Assembly: GCF_009914755.1 (NCBI RefSeq)
Contig: NC_060939.1
Strand: one strand, 5' to 3'
Source of the DNA: the human T2T-CHM13v2.0 reference genome, Homo sapiens
DNA: 64,000 bases
In this document: in pieces, positions 42,529 through 57,665 of the stretch
How the letters are laid out: each line of letters begins with the position of its first letter
Numbering within the stretch: the first letter of the stretch is position 1
Position numbers and translations under genes: made by a program
The notes under the pieces: generated by a model
Seen by the model: only the letters and a program-made list of their open reading frames with translations
The model's database searches: none
Told to the model about the DNA's origin: nothing

Positions 42529-45500
42529 TCTAAGAATGGGAAATAAAATTTGAACAAGCTTCTGGAAAAATTATGATGCATTTGGCCAATTCAAAATGAT
42601 TCATTGTCTTAGAATCTTAGACTTTTAAGTGCTTGTATTATTTAATTTTTTTCAGAAGATTGGTTAAATATTCACTTTGCCAGTACTTACTAGCCAATAG
42701 ATTTTTAAATTATATTATTCATGAGATATCTCAATTTCTTAATAACTTAAAGAAATTATAACTCTTTTCAATATATATCCTGTTGGATTTTGAAGATTTG
42801 GGATTTGGAGGATTTATATAAAATAATATTTTTTCATTTTTAAAACTAACAAGAAATTATTATTTCAAATAGTTTTATGGACAGTAATGATAATTTAAAA
42901 TATACGAATATTGGATTTTAATTTGGTTTGTTTTGTTTTCTCCAGTGTAGTATATAAATATCATTAGTGCAGTTTTACCAAATTTCAGAATACTACTCTC
43001 TTGACCATCTGTTAAATGTCTATTTAATGCACAGCTTTCCCTGAGTTCATTTAAGAACATTCTGAATAAAAATGTTTACAGATAACAATTATAACAAGAC
43101 TGAGTGAAGTTTACTGCGAAAATCTGGGAATTTGGATACCAGTCACTGGACAGTGAAAACGGAAGCCTTGTGCAACATGCTTCTGGCCTGTTCTCTAGGT
43201 TCATAGTAGGAACCGAAACCCTGGAGACTGCAATTTAACAAAACAGGGCTACAATTTTTCACCAAAAGAGCAGGATCACATGCACTCAAATGCAAGCTCA
43301 CAACTGGCTAGTTTGCAGCTTTGAGAAGTCATCTCAAAATGAACGAATACTCTTCTTAATGCTGCTGAACATTTCTGGCCCATTTCCCCTACCACTAAAG
43401 GATATTTATTAAGGGCCTCACATACATACAATGACACTCAGTATTTTGCAAAGCCTATTGAAACACTCATTGGAGGCATTCTGTTGTTACTACTGCCCTC
43501 GGGGACTTTGGTTTATACTAAGTTTAGCCATTGTCTTGCCGTTTGGATGTCTAATAATGACCATAATCATCGTTGTTTCCTCCAAATGTTGCCCATGAGC
43601 CATGTTTTGCTTACTAGAAATTTTTCCTGAACTTACTACATTATTGCTTCAATGAATGTTTACAAATGAGTTAATTTTTCTTAACGCACCTACGAAAGGC
43701 ATCTTTTAATTCTATGTCAGGTCCTCGCCCAAATTTTCATAGCTTGTCTCTGACGTGATTTCCTGCTTACTGGATCCCCCTCCATGGTCCTGACTTAGTA
43801 AGTAGTCACAGAGGATTTCTGAGATCCCTGAAGCCAACAGAGCTTTAATTTGTATTAAGTCTCTTCAGCAGAGCTGAAAAGACATTTTTAGAAAAACTCT
43901 GAGTACAACCACTCACTAAAGACATTGCAAGTATAGCAGGTTTAGCAGTTAAAATTCTTACTCCACAAAAATACACAGATTCAAGTGATGCAACATTATT
44001 TACTTCTTTTTTCTTCCCTTTTTAAAAAAAATAAAATCTGCCTCTGAGTTCCCATCCCTTTTGGCATAAGCAAAATTTATCATCACTTATTTGAGGGCGC
44101 CCTCTTTTTTCTGTTCCTCTTGCCAAATGTTTCAGAGACTATACAAACTCTGGTCTTTGATCACAGTGAACACTACTGTTCTAATGTCTATAATAGGCAC
44201 AGTTCACTGGTGATGGGCACTGGAAGCCAGGATCCTAGACCCCCAGGGTGTAGCTTCCCTAAAGCCATCTCCTGGGGTCCAGCCACCCTGAAGCCATCTC
44301 CCCCTGGGGCCTTCATGCATTGATTCAACAAACATTAACTGAGCATCTACAATAAGCCGTGTTTTCTAACCCCTGGGAATGGATGAGTGAACAGGTAAAG
44401 TCCCTGCTCTCAAGGAATTTACAGCGTTTTGGGAGAAACCAAAGACAAGGAAGTGATGAGTTCCCAACCACAGAGATAATCAGGGGTGCCAGGGGAGTCT
44501 TTGGAGTGAGTCTCTCCTGGCCCAGGGGAAATTCCGGAAGACTTTCAGAAGAAAGTCAAGCCTAGGGCGCATTCCAGAGGATCTCATTCCAAAGGAGTGA
44601 GAAGAACGGTGGCAAGATGTCTATTTTAGCAGAGCCATAAATACGTGGCTAGGTCAACACAGAGAGAAAAGTAGCCTTTCAGAAAACTCCAAGTGTTTCC
44701 TTAACACATGCTGCTGTGAGACTAAAGCCCAGGGCAAGTGATAAAGGAAATTTCCACTGACCACTTACAAGACCCAAATGCCCCCCACCGAATCTCCAAG
44801 AAGAACTGAGGAGGTAAAATCTTCCCTGTGATGCAATTTCTTGCCTTCCCTCCTTTGGGTGAAATTCTGGGCCAGTTCCAGAATTTTTCCAGAAACTTTC
44901 AGGTAATAACGAGTCCTGGAGTCAGTTTAGTCATAAGACAGATCTATTTCAGTAACTAGAATACCAAGTCCTGTGCAAGAGTCAACACTGTGAACTTCAT
45001 TTAGAGCGTTTTCCCTCTCTTGAGTAGTGGCTAAGGCGGGTACTCACAGTGGGAGATGAGGGTGTGGTTTGCAGTTTTGAGCTTTGCTTCTTTCTCCTCA
45101 TCCCTGCTGGCCTTACTGTGGACCCCAGCATTGAGGAATGGGGAAGTGGATTAGTTTGCCCCTGATCTGGCTGTGGTACATGCTCAGGGCTGACCCTTAC
45201 CAGGGCGCTAAGTATACCTCAGATTGGTGCCCTGACCACGTCTAACTGCACCCTCCCAGCCGTGGGTAAATCACATCCCAAGGTCAGCAATTGCCTCTTC
45301 TTTTACAGTCAAACACTCCTCCCTCCCTACCCGCAACACTTGCTTCCTAGAAACTCTCCTGGATGGGATTTAAAAACGGCTCCTGGACAGGGCTTCCCCT
45401 TGAGTGGCAGGTCTGGTCAGTGCCACATAGCAAATCACACCGGCTCTACTCCTTTTCCATAGAGGCACGGCCAGCCCCCATGGAAACCAAGTCTTTCTCT

Positions 45501-46840
45501 GCCTGGCAGCCTCAGCCTGAGCCTCCACTTCTTCCCCTGGGGTCAGATATCAAGGCATCGTGCCCGGCAAAATTCAAGGGACAGATCCACCAGCATTCTT
45601 TGTGGCCATTCTTCAGTGTGAGTTCATGGGGGATACACTCCTCTCTCCCAGCAAGGAATACCAAAAATGCTCCCCCACTTCAAGACATTTCTCCAGAAAA
45701 GTCTTTTTTCTTTTCCAGACTTCCAACATTTTTAGACCATTCATATCAGTGCTGAACTAAGGTTCACAAAATTGGTATTAATGGCTGCCTCCTTTCTAAG
45801 TCAAGTTCCTTACTTTAAAAGATAGGAGAAATTTTCCATCTATTTTTCTTTCTTGGCTTGTTAAACCACAGTGAAAACAAAACAAGAAACCTTTTTATAT
45901 ATCTTGTTATGCATGACATGTATATAAAGAGCTTGAGCTTTATCTTGGTGACAGAGAGGGATTCTTACATTTGTTTAATAGTCTTGAGTGTGTTAACAAG
46001 GGCATGAACCCTGATCCAACAGGCATATTCTTGATGCTTTCTGTTACTTTCCCCACCCCAACCCCTCCCAGCAACCACCCCTAAGAGGAAAGGATGAGTT
46101 TCTGGTTGTCAGCTCCCCAAATGCTGCCCCCAGATAAGGGGCAGTGTTAATGAAATCAAATTAGACTGTGATAAGGAAGGGAAGTGGAGGCTCGGACACA
46201 GCATGCCACAGTCTGAGCCCCCAGCATATCACCTTTCTTTCTTCTCTTTATTACCTTCAGCTCAGTTGGGTCAGGCCCATGATTCATCTACAGCTGGGGT
46301 GAAGGTACAGAAATAGGTTGGGGTTCAGGTGAAGTGAGGAAGTGGTGGGCATACTTTGGACCTTCAGATCCTTCATGCTCTTGTGACAGCTTCCTCATCT
46401 GCCCCCTATATGTTCTCTGGATGTACCTTCTCTGTCAAATCACATTTCATGTCCCTTTCTAGGAACCAAGGAATAAAGCTGCCCCAGGCACTGCCTTCAG
46501 GGGAAGAGAGTGGCCTGGCATGGCCGACAGTACCACCACCTTCATGTCTGTGCTTCTTCCTCCATCTGTCCGGGAGCCTCCCTTTTTGGGCCTCTGCCAT
46601 CAAATCACATTTCCCTGCATTGCTTTTTTTCCTGCTGCATCTTTAGTTTTCTTTTTCTGTGTTGCTCTCTTTTTATGGTCAACATACCTTTACATTGTCT
46701 TTCTAGACATCTGAAAAAAATTGACTTCTCTGTCTCCCCCATTTCCTTCTTCCTAGTTTGTCTGCTTGCCTCTTATTTTATTCATCTAATATAATTTTTA
46801 GACAGAAAGGGATGATTGGAGCCTGAATGGCCAAAGGGAC

Positions 46841-47604
46841 TGAAGACAAAGCTCTCATTTTTTTTTACCTTGCCCAAATTCCTATCCTAAGGGGTCTGGG
46901 GAGTCATGCCCTATAAGCCATAAATCTCATCAGATGGGTTTTATTTGACCCTGTATATCATGACTTACTTTCCAATTTGACTCTGGAGTAACAAGGAAGA
47001 AAATCAAAGTATTTTACCCCAAAATATATTTTCTTGCTATACCTTGAAATTGCCCTGCGAAGTCTCTTGTGGGAAAAAATCCACATTCTATAGAAAATCC
47101 CCTTTCCCCTTTGTTTTCCTTCCTTTCTTTCAAGATCCAGGAGATAATCAACTAAGAGCCAGGCACCCTTTTAGGTCTGATAAAAAAACATTTTACAATC
47201 TGCTCTCTATCTCTGAAGTCTGCTACCTGCAAGATTCCTCTGCACAATAAAACTTGGTCTCCACGATCCTTTACCTTAACCTGAACATTCCTTTCCATTG
47301 ATCCCAGGTCTTCAGACAAACTCAACCAATTGTCAACCAGAAAATATTTAAATTTACCTATAGCCTAGAAGCCCCTGCTTTGAGTTGTCCCAACTTTCTG
47401 AACCAAACCAATGTATTTCTTAAATGTATTTGACTGATGTCTCATGCCTCCTTAAAAATATATAAAACCCAGCTGTACCCTGACCACCTTGGTCACATGT
47501 TCTTAGGACCTCCTGAGGGCTGTGTCATGGGCCATGGTTACTCCTATTTGGTTCAGAATAAATCTCTTCAACTATTTTATGGAGTTTGGCCATTTTTGTC
47601 AACA
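46841..47604 (+). mobile_element. ERV1 MER4-family solo LTR
   Basis: TG...CA bounded; accttgcccaaattcctatcctaaggggtctggggagtcatgccc, tataaaacccagctgtaccctgaccaccttgg, cagaataaatctcttca...gtcaaca. Confidence 0.8.
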
Positions 47605-50600
47605 GGGCAATGTGAGAATAGAAGGCAAGGGACAGGGCACCGTTTTGCCACCCTAGAGGCAACTGGTTCAACCAGGATCACCCTCCTTCAAAAACCATGT
47701 GGAAATCTCATTTTCCCACTTTCTCACATGCCCCAGCCTCTGCCTCTACCACTGCCATCACTTGCCATGAGAAGAATGACATCTAAAGGGGAGTTCCCTG
47801 TTCATCATCCTGACCATCTGGCTCTTTATTCTCCAACTGGGAATAGAAAGAAGTTACCCACTGTGACCTTCTCGAACCCCACTGTGATTTGCAAATTCCC
47901 ATAGGATGACTCCTTAAAGGACACTCTGCTCCCTGACTGACTCCAGCCTCCTTTCCCACAGTCCGCCCTTCCCTTCTCAACAGTGACATTCTCAGTGGGG
48001 GAAAACAAATTCTCAATTGAATTTGAGTTCTCAACACTACTAGGAGTTCAATATAAGATAAAGCTCAATAAATATTTGCCAAGTAAAGTGATTTTCATCA
48101 ATGAATTTAGATAAAGAGTTCTCAAGTGTTTTCATGTATCTATTAAGTAAGTCAGCAGAAAGCCAACTAAAGCATGAAGGAAGGATAAGAAAATCTGAAG
48201 ACAAAGGAGAGAAACGAGTAGATGAGCACTGGGACTGGTGTTTTTTTTGTTTTGTTTTGTTTTGTTTTGTTGTTGTTTTTTTTTTTAGGACATGAACCCT
48301 AAAGCTGGAGCAGTTTCTCTAAAAGTCTGAGACTGCTGTGGGTTTTCTACAACTCTGTGCCTGCACTGCTCTGGGACCTACAATGGAACGTGTCTCCTAC
48401 AATAAACAGATCAAGACCAATTCCAGGTACCAGCTGAAGGAAAATCTGGGCCTAGCTTTTACACTTGGTCCTAGGGCTTTGACCTGAATTATGATGCAGG
48501 TTTTTTTGTGGTTCCCCTCTCTCTCACCCATATCTTCTCATGAAGAAACCTGGTTCAAGCTACAGTTGAAGCCCTCTGAAGTTGAGTTTACCATCAAACC
48601 GTAGTTTAGTAAAATTCCTGAGAAAGCAGATACCTTCGTGTGATTTACTCAGTAGATGTTTACTGAAAAGGGAAGAAGGTTGTATTCCAGGCTTTATGGT
48701 GGATGATGGCAAAGCAAACATAACAAGCTTCTATTGTGAAGAGCTCTTCTTTGTGGCCATTGTATCAAGGCTAAAAAGTCAAGGAGAAACAGTCCCCAGC
48801 ACTTCAGTGCTCTTGTTTTGAAGACTTGGTGAATACAGCAAAGCATCTTCTAACTTCAACTGTCTCCCCTCCCTCCCTGCTGCCACCGGAAGAGGTTCTG
48901 TTGGGATGAGCACAGAGGCTTGGCTCTCCGCTCCAGAGCACAGGATTAGGACCTCACACCAGGCCAAAGGCCAGTGATTGCAAATGAAGCAAGCACCTCA
49001 CTCCCTCACTGTACTAAGATGAGACAAGTTCCTGAGTTCAAGAGCACTTTACTGGATGGTGTCTAGTGGATACCAGACACCTCCTCCTGCCTTAAGTAGG
49101 GCAAGGGGCAATGATGGGGACCTAGACTTTGGATAGTACCCAAAAGAATTTTAAGAGTCTTCAGCTCTGAGTTAGAATAACTTATTTCAAAAGCTGAAGA
49201 GAGAAATTTTCCGGGGATATTTCAGTGGCCCCAGGCGATTCATACTTTTTACTCCTTTGCTTCCTTGTGTACCAGGAGCCTGCCTGGAGGTGGGGTTTGT
49301 GATGATTGTGGGGCACATTTCAGCCTTTTGGGCATCTTTCTGGCCTCCACCCCAAAGGTCAGAACCCCTTCTCTCTTACCTGTATCTTTCAACGCTTCCC
49401 TCATTTGCCTTTTCTTTGCATTCCCTCATCCTGCTCCTTTCTGAGTGCTTTCCTCTGTGGTTTTGTCTTTGTGCAGGAGCTGTGAATGTGTGGGGAGAAG
49501 CATGAGCATGCTAGGGACAGATGGTGGGCTCACTGGGACAGAATATTATGGCTAAAGTCCCGCTTCTGCCCTTTGCCCTCTCTGAATCCCTCCAGGTCTG
49601 TGACATGGACACCTCTGTTTCTGCCTTCTGCTGGCATTCTCTATCTGTTGCTTGCCTCCAATCCCCTCATCACTGCTCTGCACTCTGGATTTTCTCCTAG
49701 GGGAAGCAACCAGTTCTTTTGTTATTTTTCTGCTGCTGTCACTCTTTGTTAGTTTATTTCTATGCCTTGTTCTTTTTATGTATCTCTTTGTATCTTTCTA
49801 TATAGCTATCTCTCTCCCTACCCTGCAGATTCTCTTTCCCTAGTAGGGACATTGTGGCTCATCCATTTGACTTTTTCTTTCATAGGAAGAACAGGACACT
49901 GGGATGGCTACGGCGGGGTTAGAAGGCAGGGGTGGAGTTGGACATCAGCAAGCAGCTTCCGGGCTGGGGGACCTTGTGCCCTGGAGGTGGTGTTTCATTC
50001 CTCAGGTCCGTTCTGGCCTTGCCTTTTCCTTGATCACTCTTTTTTCACTTTTCCAGTAGCCACCATTTGGTTAACAGACATGAAAACAAACCTTCTGACA
50101 CTCGCCCCACTGGCTGTCTGTCTTCTTCTAGCTGGGAACTCTGATAATGGGGTTTCCCTCTCCAACTGTGGACCCCATTATTAGAATCACATCCAGAAAG
50201 GCTGACTCAGTCCAGGGAGTATCTACACTGTCAGCAAGCTTCTTCCCAGGAACTTCTTAAGCCCAACCCCAGCCATTCACAGACTAGAGGCTTCAAGGAT
50301 TTTTTCCATTTGCCATCCAAGAAATTGACTCCCTATGTTAGCTTACAAACTCAACGTCACCTCTAATGTCTTGGAAGCTTCTGGACGCGATTTTACAAGA
50401 TTGCTTTTTAGAGGAAAAGACATGGTTTCTCATTCATTTTTGAATCCCCAAGACTTATTAGAGTATATGCCTTGCACTTGAGCTTCCATGGATGTGTTTT
50501 GAATAACATTAACATATTAATGTCCAGTTCCTAACGTGTTTTATGGATATGAGTGACAATGCAATATCCAAGAGTCCTGGGGGCAGAAATGGTAAAGAAT

Positions 50601-51134
50601 CCAGGATGTAAAGGTCTGGACAAGAGTGGGGAGAGAACAGAAATATAAATCCATGAGTTCTAGAAGGAATTGGGTATTAGCTTGTCAGGTAAGGCATAGC
50701 TTCAGTGTGTCAGAACATCTGCAATGGAGGAATCCTAATAGATCTCAGGCAAGTGGAAATCAGTGAGTTAGTGGCGGCAGGAATTCCCAGACTACACTTT
50801 CCCAAGCAGGTGTAGCCAAAACTACAGATCAAGACAAGTCCTTTGAGCCCTTAATGAAAAAAATAAAAGATACATATTAAATTTATAGATTAAAAAAATG
50901 CTTGTGAAAAAGAACAGAGTCCGCAAATGCTCATTTCAAAACAGGCATTCTCATTTGCAACACAAAGTCCTATTAGGAAAGAGATGTGGGTTTCCCAGGG
51001 AACTCAGGGCTCAGCATGAGTAAAGTCTCCTGACACAAGAATCAGTCCTAATGAGTCGTCTGGGAATGAATTGGGAGTGATCAAAGCCAAGAAACAGGAA
51101 GATGGGGAGTAATCCCAAGGAAAGAGAATAATGA

Positions 51135-51662
<528 letters not shown>

Positions 51663-54600
51663 TAGCATAAAAATGAGGTTATGCTCAAGCTTTTGTTAGA
51701 AAGCCATTCTTCCTCCTACCTTGGGGCAGGCAGTTCACCCTCCTTCCTGTATGGATATACATCCCTTCCAGGAGTGAAAAAAACTCAAAGTTTGGCCCTG
51801 ATTGTTATTGTTCTTCCTGGGGACAATAGGGCCCCTTTAGTTTTGGGAGTGCCTATTTTGAAGGGAGAGTTTGTGGGCTTGGGTCAATCTAAATTCTCTT
51901 CAATGCCGAATCTGGGATATGGCTTGGCTTAGAACCAGATAGGGATGAAGACCTCAAGGGAACAGCCTGGAGGATGGAAGCCTAGTAGCTGGCCTCACAA
52001 GGACTTGAATTCCTTTAACCACTAGCCTCTCCCCTAACCACAGCCCTCTCTCTGCCGCACCCCCTTGCCTCCAACCTACACACACTCCAAAGTGCAAGCT
52101 GTCAGAGGGCTAACTGGGAGCAAGTCCCAGCCCCTCCCTTTGGCAAAACGCCCTATTTTCCTTTCCTCTCCTCTTAGGCAGCCTTATCGAAGCTCATTCT
52201 ACATGGAGTTCCTCTCCCTCAGAAACTTATGCTGAAGATCAGAAGAGGGAACAGGCAAGTCAGACAGTGACCTGTTTCCGAGTGCCTCTGACCATCATGG
52301 TCTTTCATTTCCATCACAGTTCTCTTTCCAGAGCAAGACTGGACCAAGGTATGCATTCCTGGACAAAGGTTCCTGGATCCCCATGCCCTTGACCCAGCTC
52401 TGACTCCCCAGACCCCACATCCCCCTTCTATTCCCTTTCCCTCCCCCGCTTCCTTCCCCTCCTGTCCTGTCCCTTCCCCTAACCTCCCCTGCACTCCATG
52501 TCTGTTTTCTTCAGGACTCTGCTGCTCTTCTCTGCTCTTGCTTTCCATACTTTGCCTTGCTGCAGGACATCCTGCATATCCTTCAAGACCAGGATGCAGG
52601 ATGCGTCTGTGTTGGTCTACGTTAAAAATTTTAATTGTCTACAGCATGACAAGATAGGTACCATGAAGAAAGAAAGGCCTATGGACGTTCCAGGGAGGGC
52701 AAAGGAACCTCCTTCACCAGATCTGTTGTTTGAGTTTAACCTCATTAGCCAGATTGTTCTCATTGCCGCCTTCCTTCCTTGCTGGTGTTCTCATTGCCGC
52801 CTTCCTTCCTTCCTGGAAGGCTCCACAGACAGGAAAGGGATAGTCCATGAGGGACAAATTCCTGATCCATCACTTCCCTTCTCTTGGTTTTCTACTCTCC
52901 ACCTGGAAATAGCAGAGTTCCTGATCCAAGCACTGTATTTCAGTCACCCAAGACCACAATCTTGGAAACCTCTGCGCCCCCGGGGAGTGAGAGCCTGTTT
53001 CATTGCCATGTGCTACTCTGAGGACAGGCCAAATATCTCCAAAGGCATTTCCATTAAAGAGATTGCCAGGCCTTGCAGTCTTTTACTATGGCTGCCTTGA
53101 TGACTCTAGGGTTCTCTCCTAGGCATCAGGGCATAGGGGACATTATATTGCATTTAACATGGGACCACAGGATTACACACTTGATTGTATGCCCCCTTCA
53201 GACTGGGAGCTTACTGCAGGCAGAAGGTTCTCACAGGGCAAGGACGCAGATCCTTCTCTGACTTAGCAGATTCATCAATGGGATGTGCAGGCTATCCTAG
53301 AGGAATAAGTCTCTCGAAGTCAGCTGGAGTCAAAGGCCACCGATGAAGGAAAAGCCTGTCAGAACCAGACTAGTCCTGGGCCCTAGACTATAGGTTAGGG
53401 TATCTTGCTTATTTAATTATTGTGATTTGGACATTCCTGAGAAGTCTTCTGCTTCTCTGAATTCCCATTTGCAGTCTTAGCATTTTAGGATGTTCTCCTT
53501 CTAAGAGAGTTCTGCCTGGGACCCGCTTAGAAGGTTTCTCGAGGCTGCCTGGGCTTTGGAAGGGGATGAAGTGAGAAACATTCTGGGTTGGGCTTTCGCG
53601 GAAGTCAGAAAATCAGCTGACCATGACTAACTACCCACTTTCTGAAAAGTAGCCAGCCCCTGACCCTGCATCTTTTTCATTTTGTTAAGAAATGTTCACT
53701 ACTAAGCTTAAACTTTCTTTGGGGAAGAAACTCATCCACATGCCATTGGCTTTCTGCTTTTGAGAAAGTTTAAGGCTCTTTGGAAAGGAGAGACCAGATA
53801 AGAGGAGGAAGGACTAAAGGGTAGAAGGAGGGGGACTTCCCAAACAAGCACAGAACAGTCCACCAGACCCATCCAGGCTGGGGGTGAGCTGTGACCAAAG
53901 CTGTCCAGAGCCTGCAGGGCAGGGCTGTGGGTCCCTGGCTGCCAACGGGCAGCTAATGAGGGCAGCAGCAGGAATTGGGTCTCTAAAGGCCGAGCACTCG
54001 TCATGCCCAGCCAGGCCTCTGCTCTTGCGCTTCTTCCTCTCTTCTCTTCAGTCTTCTTAGTTAATTTGGGCCCTACACCTGGCCAGAAGGTAGCAAGACA
54101 ATTGGTAGCCAAGGAGATGAGCCATTCTAGATAAAGCAAGTGACTTACATCTCTGAATCACAGAGAATACTGGTGGTTCTGTCCCAGGAGAGACCTGTCT
54201 ATCCCTTGTCCTTCCTCCACTGAAAATCTCTAATGACTCAATTTCTGTCTCTTTAAACCATGAAATTCAGAGGAATTTGACTCTTCCCCTGGAAGACAGC
54301 CAGCAGAAGGCTCACTATGCCCAACGATTTCATATTTTGGTCTCTGTACTTCTCTCTGCTCCCCCTGTGGCTGTGGCTCTCTGCCCCTCTGGGTGCCTTG
54401 TTTCCACCTTTACTGTCTCTAATTTTGTCTCTGATCATATCTTCCCCACCACTGTTTTTGTTCTCTCTCTTTCTCAGGAGGCTTTATCGCCCTCTGTCTC
54501 AGTTCACAAATGTAACCTCATAACCTCTGTCTCTGTCTCTCCAGGGTCCCGAGGTCTCTAGGCATTTAAGTCAGATGAAAATGCCCTCCTTTGGCATTCC

Positions 54601-54894
54601 TTCTTTGTAAAGAATGTGTTGGGGCTCCACAAAGAGTGACAGCAGAGAGGGTTCTGGCCACATCACTCTTATCCATCCTCAAAGCTGAAGGGAGGACACC
54701 TTCTCTCCTCCCCATGCCATATCTAAAAAATTGCAATGAAACACACACATTACAAAATTTACCATTTAATCATACCTCAGACCTGGCTTTCTAATCACAA
54801 GGAAGCAACATGTGAATGATACCCTTGAATGATACCGTAGCCTCACCCCAACTCTTCTTGGCCCCCTTCAGGAGCCCCTGAGACTCCATTTGGC

Positions 54895-55165
54895 CATCAT
54901 CTGGGCTGTCTCATCTTCTTAAGAGCAGCCCCCCACCCTCTGCTGTTCAATTGGGAACACAAAAGGAGGCAGCTTCCAGACACAAGCCCAGCCCCTATAG
55001 CACTGACCTCCCCAGAACCTGGATCTTGGGGGCTTCCCTGCTCCCCCTCCCCTAGTCCTATGCTGGTCGCGGGAAGCATCTGACGCTTGTTCCTGATAAG
55101 CCCATATGACACCCTCAGAACCCTTAAGAGATGGAGTGTCCAGAATTTCAGGGCACTCTCCACAT
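54895..55165 (+). repeat. Diverged direct repeat, copy 1 (pairs with 57399-57665)
   Basis: Shared ccatcatctgggctgtc, cagcttccag.cacaagcccagccc.t.tagcactgac, ctggatc.tgggggcttccctgctccccctcccc.agtcct.tgctggtc. Confidence 0.9.
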
Positions 55166-56576
55166 TGGACATGTAGCCCCGAAGATTTCTCCTGGTCCTT
55201 AAAATGCCAGTACGGCATAAAGGCAGACAATGGGACTTTAGTCACCCAAAGTAGCGTCTCCTTTAAGACCATGAGACCTTGATGGGCAGAGGCCTACTCA
55301 CTCCTTGCCACCCCTAAAATATTTTCTAATTGAAGTTGTTTTCTAGTGACATTTTAGCTATCTTTACAATCTAAAGTTATTTTAGTTCCCTATGAGGTAC
55401 AATGGAAGAGATAGCCTACGATATCTGAAGTCTAAGGAAGGCCCCAGCAAGCATCAACAATACCCCCCTCCTCATGAGGACCGTATCTTTCCCCAGGATG
55501 CAGTGAGCAACTTGAAGTTAGGGACTATGTGCCACTCACTATTTTATGTCTCGTATCAAGGCCAAGTTAATAGCTGTTCAGTGAACAATACATGTGTGAA
55601 TGGAGACATGACTGTGGAGAGTGGTGGAATGAGAAAGGAAAAGAAAGCAGGCCAGCATTGTTTGTTTCGGTGCCGTGTACTCAGGCAAGTCATGAGTGGC
55701 AACTTCTGTGAGACTTTGGCTTGGGGTCCGAGATGACCTGAAAGTGGCAGGTCACTCACGGGTCAAATACTCAAAGCAGCTGATCCAGAGCAAACCACTT
55801 TGGGAGCCAAGCTGAAGAGCAGCCCTCAGCCTAACCTCGTGGAGCAGGCTGCTGCTGCTTGCCTCTTGAACTGTAATCCCAGCACTGGGATTTGACCATT
55901 TTTCAGGCGCCCCAGATCTCATCCTGAGACCCCTCTTTTTACAGCCACAACTGCCGCAGGGGAGCTTGGACCATCTCTCAGCTCTGGTCTCTTTGGAGGG
56001 CCCTTTCATTGGCAGAGCTCTCTGGGCAAGAGGAGCTGGGGAGCCTCACTCCAGTTGAGGGGTCCTCTGGGTCCAGGACCAGCCCTCCTCCCTATCTGTG
56101 GGGTCTAGGGGTGCAGAGAGGGCCATGTGGTGGCAGTGACTCTCAATGGCAGGGCTTCCTGGGGACTGGCTTCGGGTGCATATCACGCAACTGCTTATCC
56201 ATGTAGTTTCTGGGCACAGAGCAGCCCAGTCCCTCCCCAGACGAAGGGCCACTCCTTTCCCAGCCCACCTGCCGGGGGCTGAGCTAGGGTCCCTTGCGTC
56301 CTCCTCATAACTGAACTTCCCAGGGCTGTCTGCGTCCCAGGGAAGGATGAGGGGGATCCAGGACCCATGTCCCCACCCCTCAGCCCCAAACAGTCCTTTC
56401 TCTCCTTGACATCAACTATGCAGCCACGTTCCTCTCAGTGGGAAACAGACTGTAGTTAAGATGCAGATCTTTTTGAAAGAAAAAAGAAAAAAGGTATGGG
56501 GCTGCAAGCATCGACTCCTCAGAGTCAGCTGTGCCCGGTCAGGCAGGGCAGCTGCTGGAGGGCCTCCTTTGACAGT

Positions 56577-56740
56577 AGGGGGAGGCTCCAAGAACCCTTC
56601 CCAGAGACACCTGGATAGGGCTGGAAGGTGGGAGAGAGGCTCAAAAACACGTGCCCTGTTGCCTGTACGGGCTCGGGACTGGCCCAGGACAGGGGCCAGT
56701 TGTCAGGCACTCCTAGTAAACTAGGGATGAGCTTTGCCCC
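56577..56740 (+). repeat. Segment A (paralog of 41372-41535)
   Basis: Same alignment as local duplication A. Confidence 0.95.
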
Positions 56741-57398
56741 AAGGGAAGTGGGCACCTGGGGCACCCTCAGCCCATGGCTTCTTGACTTGGCCACTTCTGT
56801 TTCTCTTCATCTGCATTCTATCCCCAAGAGAGGCATGTCCCCAGAGTTAGGGGCAGAGGGAGGAAGCACAGACCACATCCCTGAAGCCTTCAGGCTCAAT
56901 CCTCTTTGGGTGAGGTCCAGCCAGTCACCTCTTCCTGCGCTGTTAGCCTTGTCCTGACCTCACTCTGACTCTGGTTTCCTAAGGGACACTGTGTTCTTCC
57001 TCTCCTCTCCTTCCTTCTTTTCTTGACACAATGAGGTTTTTCGTCCTGACTCTTTTCTTTGCTCTTGCTATGCTCTCTCTCTTTCTTCAGATATAATCTC
57101 AGCATTTACTTTTCTGTTTCTGCCCATCTGTCTCTCCTGAGTTGGGAGTCCTGTGGGTATTTAAGACTGATCAAATAGCCCTCTGTTTGGATGCACTCCC
57201 CAGCAGTGATAGCCCAATACAGGGGCAGCAGGGAGCAGGGGGGCTGTCACTCCAGCTGAGTCATCTTCCTCCTTTCTCCTCCCCAGGCCTGGCTTTCTGG
57301 TGGCAAGGAAGCACCACCTTGGTGATACTCCAGTGTCACTCCACCTCTTCGCGGCCCCCTCCAGGAACCGCCTCCCCCGCCAGCCAAGACTCCATTGA

Positions 57399-57665
57399 CC
57401 ATCATCTGGGCTGTCCCCATCTTCTTGGGACCTGCCCCTGGGCCTCTGCCCTTCAAATGGGGACACCAAGGACACAGCTTCCAGCCACAAGCCCAGCCCT
57501 TGTAGCACTGACATCCCAAAAATCTGGATCCTGGGGGCTTCCCTGCTCCCCCTCCCCAAGTCCTGTGCTGGTCTGAGGAAACCTCTGAACCATGTCCCTT
57601 ATAAGTCCATATGGCCATCAGAACCCCTTCAAACCTGAGGTCTCCAGCATTTGGGAGCATTTTCA
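57399..57665 (+). repeat. Diverged direct repeat, copy 2 (pairs with 54895-55165)
   Basis: Same shared blocks at an offset of ~2504 bp. Confidence 0.9.

Noticed and set aside
52498-53100. 200-aa ORF
   Set aside because: No recognisable homology, and it includes a short local duplication (gttctcattgccgccttccttcct x2); likely a chance ORF in a pyrimidine-rich strand.
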